Shown in pieces: positions 61,008 to 64,000 of a stretch of 64,000 bases of DNA. Within the stretch, counting starts at the first letter, position 1, and every line of letters starts with the position of its first letter. A model generated the notes under the pieces. That model was not told where the DNA came from and searched no databases. It was given only the letters and a program-made list of their open reading frames with translations. Source of the DNA: an uncultured Planctomycetia bacterium (lineage in GTDB: Bacteria > Omnitrophota > Gorgyraeia > Duberdicusellales > Duberdicusellaceae); contig CAZWJT010000008.1 of NCBI GenBank assembly GCA_964634935.1, positions 26,063-90,062 on the forward strand, read 5' to 3'. A program made the position numbers and the translations under genes.

Positions 61008-62140
61008 AGAGCCATCTTTATTGCGCCAATCCCCTGCGAATAAACCGCGCGGAATACCTTACTGAGAATCAATGCAGAATCTTTCCAAGAATACCCAGCG
61101 GGTGGCAATGAGGCTTTCTCTCTCAGGTCAGAAAGACCATTTACAATGCCTGAACATATGCCTTCTTGTGTGGGGCTTACATAGATTGAATCTCCTCCGC
61201 CTGCCTCTTGCAATTCCGGAATAGCCGTTGTTACGACTTTTGCCCCGCATGATCGTGCCTCTAAAACCGGCATACCAAATCCTTCATACAGGGACGGATA
61301 CACAAATAAATCGGCTCCGGCGTAGAAAAAAGGCAGGTGCTCATCAGGAATGTATCCTAAATCTATAACATTCTTTCCTCTGTCTGCTTCTACCAAACAA
61401 CGCATCCTTTTATACCGCCATCCTTTCGGTCCCACCAAAAGAAGCTTATGATTCGCCAAAAAACCATTTTTTTTCATCGTCCTGAATGTTTCCAAAAGAA
61501 GCTCAAGATTCTTTCTTGGTTCCCAAGAGGCAACTGATAAAAGATAAGGAAAATTTATTTTATAAAGAGCTAATATTTTTCCGGTTTCCTCTTTCTTGGG
61601 GACGGTAAATATTGGGCTTACTGCCGGACGAACAACGGCCGTAGCACTATGCCCATAAATTTCTGATAATCGTTTTTGCATAGCTTGCGAATTAACCAAG
61701 AGTGCGTCTGCTCGCTCTATATCCCTCTTAAAAAATAACTTATACAATAAAAAGGTCAAACTATGCATCGTTTGGGGGACAATATTAAGAACCAAATCAT
61801 GCACTGTGCTTACTATTTTAACGTGTTTTGGCAAATAAGGCAGCAATGTAGCAGTTGCCCAAAAAATATCTAAATTGTCCTTGAGGCAAAAATCATGCAT
61901 ACGGGTTTTCAGCCATAAATTTGATTGTCTATTGTAAAACCACGGCCAACGCTCTTCAACCCGATAATGCCAACGCCGGGAAAGAACTGGCGGCTCATAA
62001 GGCATATTACTGTATACGAAAAACATCGCTTCCGGCAATACCATGTCCAGTTCTTTACAGAGCTCGTATACATAGCGCCCAACCCCCGTACGCAAACCCG
62101 AAAGACAACGCCCGTCTATCCCGATGTTAACCATCCTCAC
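61004..62140 (-). CDS. Glycosyltransferase family 4
   Basis: ...LLLVGPKGWRYKR...YAGADLFVYPSLYEGFGMPVLEARSCGAKVVTT... Overlaps the neighbouring gene by 4 nt. Confidence 0.85.
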   Translation of the reverse strand: MRMVNIGIDGRCLSGLRTGVGRYVYELCKELDMVLPEAMFFVYSNMPYEPPVLSRRWHYRVEERWPWFYNRQSNLWLKTRMHDFCLKDNLDIFWATATLLPYLPKHVKIVSTVHDLVLNIVPQTMHSLTFLLYKLFFKRDIERADALLVNSQAMQKRLSEIYGHSATAVVRPAVSPIFTVPKKEETGKILALYKINFPYLLSVASWEPRKNLELLLETFRTMKKNGFLANHKLLLVGPKGWRYKRMRCLVEADRGKNVIDLGYIPDEHLPFFYAGADLFVYPSLYEGFGMPVLEARSCGAKVVTTAIPELQEAGGGDSIYVSPTQEGICSGIVNGLSDLREKASLPPAGYSWKDSALILSKVFRAVYSQGIGAIKMAL

Positions 62141-62141
62141 C

Positions 62142-63122
62142 TCATTTGATACTGCTTTTTTTTGGCACCTTTGAAGATGAAATCAGAGAATCTATCTTCT
62201 TATTGCTTATCCGTCTGGAGCTTTGAATGATTTTCCTTTTTTTAAGCATTACGACGATATTCAAAAAAGCAGAAAACCATCCGGCCAGAATTGCTTTACT
62301 ATTCCCGCGCATCCTCAAAAAATACGCTATTTGTCCGAAAAAGATGGAAGGAGAATATTTCAAAAGCAAACCAAACGGCATATTTTTTGTCAAAACAAAG
62401 ATAGTATTGCGTGTGCAATAATAATCGGCAAAATCCTTTCCAGTCGACCATTCACGATGATACGCCACGGCTTCTGGCACATATATACACTCGTATCCTT
62501 TTAGCTGCGCTCGAAAACTGAGATCAACGTCTTCGCAGTAAGCAAAGAAATCTTCGTCAAAAAAACCTATATCCTGAAGCATGCGGCAACGATAGACCGC
62601 AGCACACCCAGAAGCTCCAAAAACTCTCTCCCGAACTCCAAACTGACCGCTGTCTTTCTCCCGAAAACCTCGATGCGTAGCAAATCCCGTATCGCAGTAA
62701 ATATCTCCTGCCGAATTCACTGTATCGCGCGCGTCATATTGCATTACCTTTGAGGCAAAAAACCCAGCTGCCCTCTCTAAATCCGCAGCTTTGACTAACT
62801 CCTCCAACCACCGAGAATCAAATTCCATGTCATTGTTTACAGAAGCGATATACCGGATACTGGAATTTCCTAAAAAATGCTTTATGCCAGCATTCACCGC
62901 CTTTGAAAAACCATAGTTTTTGTCAAAAACTATCAGCCGGATATCGGGAAATTTCTCTTGGATATAGGCAACTGACCCATCGGTTGAGCCATTGTCAACC
63001 ACAAGAATCTCAAAATCCCGGAATGTCTGCTGAAATAAAGACTCTAGGCAAGGCGCAAGATATTTCAATCCATTCCAGCTGGGAATAATCAACCCAACAA
63101 CAATCTGCCTATGAATATCCAT
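62142..63122 (-). CDS. Glycosyltransferase family 2
   Basis: Start MDIHRQIVVGLIIPSWNGLKYLAPCLESLFQQTFRDFEILVVDNGSTDGS at 63122. The track ORF is extended upstream in frame to 63311. Confidence 0.85.
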   Translation of the reverse strand: MDIHRQIVVGLIIPSWNGLKYLAPCLESLFQQTFRDFEILVVDNGSTDGSVAYIQEKFPDIRLIVFDKNYGFSKAVNAGIKHFLGNSSIRYIASVNNDMEFDSRWLEELVKAADLERAAGFFASKVMQYDARDTVNSAGDIYCDTGFATHRGFREKDSGQFGVRERVFGASGCAAVYRCRMLQDIGFFDEDFFAYCEDVDLSFRAQLKGYECIYVPEAVAYHREWSTGKDFADYYCTRNTIFVLTKNMPFGLLLKYSPSIFFGQIAYFLRMRGNSKAILAGWFSAFLNIVVMLKKRKIIQSSRRISNKKIDSLISSSKVPKKSSIK

Positions 63123-63127
63123 TTTTG

Positions 63128-63967
63128 TTACGTTCGCGTAAGGCTTGCGTAGACTCTCATCGTCTCTTCTGCTAATCGCCGGTAATTGTATTCTTCCTGA
63201 TACGCCTTTGCTCTCTGAGAAAAATACATCCTCCGCTCTGGAGAAAGAAGCAAGCCATTTACCTTTTCCAGCAGAGATCGAGAATCGCCTGAAGAAAATA
63301 ATTCTAAACAATCAAAATTCTTGCTCAGTTCCCTATTCGGTTCCAAATCAGAAGCTACCACCGCTTTCTGATAAGCAAGGCTCATTGATAATGAACCAGA
63401 GGCATCCATGCGAACGTACGGTGCCAGACAAATATCCGTTATCGACATGATTTTCCCTATCTCTTCTTCGGATAAATAACCTGTTATTCTCACTCGATGA
63501 GCCAAATTTTTTTCTGTGATCCTGCACTTGAGGGTCTCGAAGTATCTTTTATATTTTTCTTCCCGCACAGACCCAGCAATAATCAACACAACATCATCCG
63601 GCAATCTGACCAAAATATCAAGAACAAGCTCGTATCCTTTGAGGGGATTCACAAAACCAAACAATGTCAACACCCTCTTTTTTGAAACACCGTACTGAAC
63701 CTTATAGTGCTCATCGAAAGAAATGATACGCTGGACTGGAACAGGATGCAGAAAACAAAAAGAACGGTCGCTGTCCACCCCAAGTTCAGCAAGTCTTGTA
63801 TGGCCAACATTGGTGTGAATAATAAAAAAATCGGCGCTCTGGTAAAGTTTTTTGCTAGAGCGGTCCCGGTAAGGATAGTACAAAATATTCCGCACGCTAT
63901 ATGCTATATTCCTCATACTTCGGGTACTCTGAACCTTGGGATAAAACGAAGGAAATAATGAGTGCAA
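63128..63967 (-). CDS. GT4-like glycosyltransferase, short (C-terminal GT-B domain plus reduced N-domain); possibly truncated
   Basis: C-domain motifs VLTLFGFVNPLKGYELVL...IIAGS...ITGYLSEEE...CLAPY. The ORF is bounded by an in-frame TAG at 63974-63976, so it has at most about 281 codons and a TTG start. Confidence 0.55.
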   Translation of the reverse strand: MHSLFPSFYPKVQSTRSMRNIAYSVRNILYYPYRDRSSKKLYQSADFFIIHTNVGHTRLAELGVDSDRSFCFLHPVPVQRIISFDEHYKVQYGVSKKRVLTLFGFVNPLKGYELVLDILVRLPDDVVLIIAGSVREEKYKRYFETLKCRITEKNLAHRVRITGYLSEEEIGKIMSITDICLAPYVRMDASGSLSMSLAYQKAVVASDLEPNRELSKNFDCLELFSSGDSRSLLEKVNGLLLSPERRMYFSQRAKAYQEEYNYRRLAEETMRVYASLTRT

Positions 63968-64000
63968 AGTAACTACCTTTGATATTTTAATCTGGCTTAA

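Overview
This is a 64 kb bacterial chromosomal segment of moderate GC content, read by eye without tools. It is densely coding, and from position 1 to about 47.4 kb nearly every gene is on the minus strand. I found no rRNA, tRNA, CRISPR array or recognisable IS/transposase. From start to end the window holds the following.

- **1-10.3 kb, surface-polysaccharide export locus.** Two tandem triads of polysaccharide co-polymerase (PCP), short OPX (Wza-like PES/SLBB protein) and a 360-380 aa beta-barrel outer-membrane protein. Also GDP-mannose 4,6-dehydratase, RmlA and a priming polyprenyl-phosphate sugar transferase.
- **10.9-16.9 kb, one giant gene.** A 2002 aa bacterial alpha-2-macroglobulin with a CVEQ thioester motif.
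- **17.0-28.4 kb, one tightly packed minus-strand gene train.** Order: rrf2, yezD-like, metY, cysK, metX, metW, thiM, thiE, HydE-like radical SAM, nadA, nifS, nifU, a membrane protein, a deaminase.
- **28.5-35.0 kb, complete F1Fo ATP synthase operon.** Order atpI-like/B/E/F/H/A/G/D/C.
- **35.0-35.6 kb, candidate riboswitch.** A plus-strand promoter, then a leader that looks like a c-di-GMP-I (GEMM) riboswitch with a terminator expression platform, then a small secreted protein.
- **35.7-41.9 kb, unusual pilus/fibre-like cluster.** Three secreted proteins built from 3, 1 and 2 copies of a roughly 150 aa SCPU/Csu-like beta-sandwich domain. With them is a 1074 aa outer-membrane protein (TPR + CpaC-N-like pilus domain + beta-barrel region + Cna-B/SdrD-B-like C-terminal domains). 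No recognisable chaperone, usher or secretin domain is present. A perfect 14 bp palindrome flanked by 10 bp direct repeats lies between the pilin-like gene and the next gene.
- **42.0-47.5 kb.** AlkD-like protein, membrane-anchored SGNH hydrolase, carbamoyltransferase, class II FBA.
- **47.6-50.9 kb.** A probably leaderless ABC transporter and a DedA/YqaA protein.
- **50.9-57.3 kb.** Small secreted hypotheticals, cupin, PabB-like, PrmA, HI0933 flavoprotein.
- **57.4-64.0 kb.** A second glycan cluster: GT2, FAD oxidoreductase, GT4, GT4, GT2, and a short or truncated GT4.

The best candidates for something not yet described are the SCPU-like fibre cluster with its atypical outer-membrane partner and the nearby c-di-GMP riboswitch candidate.
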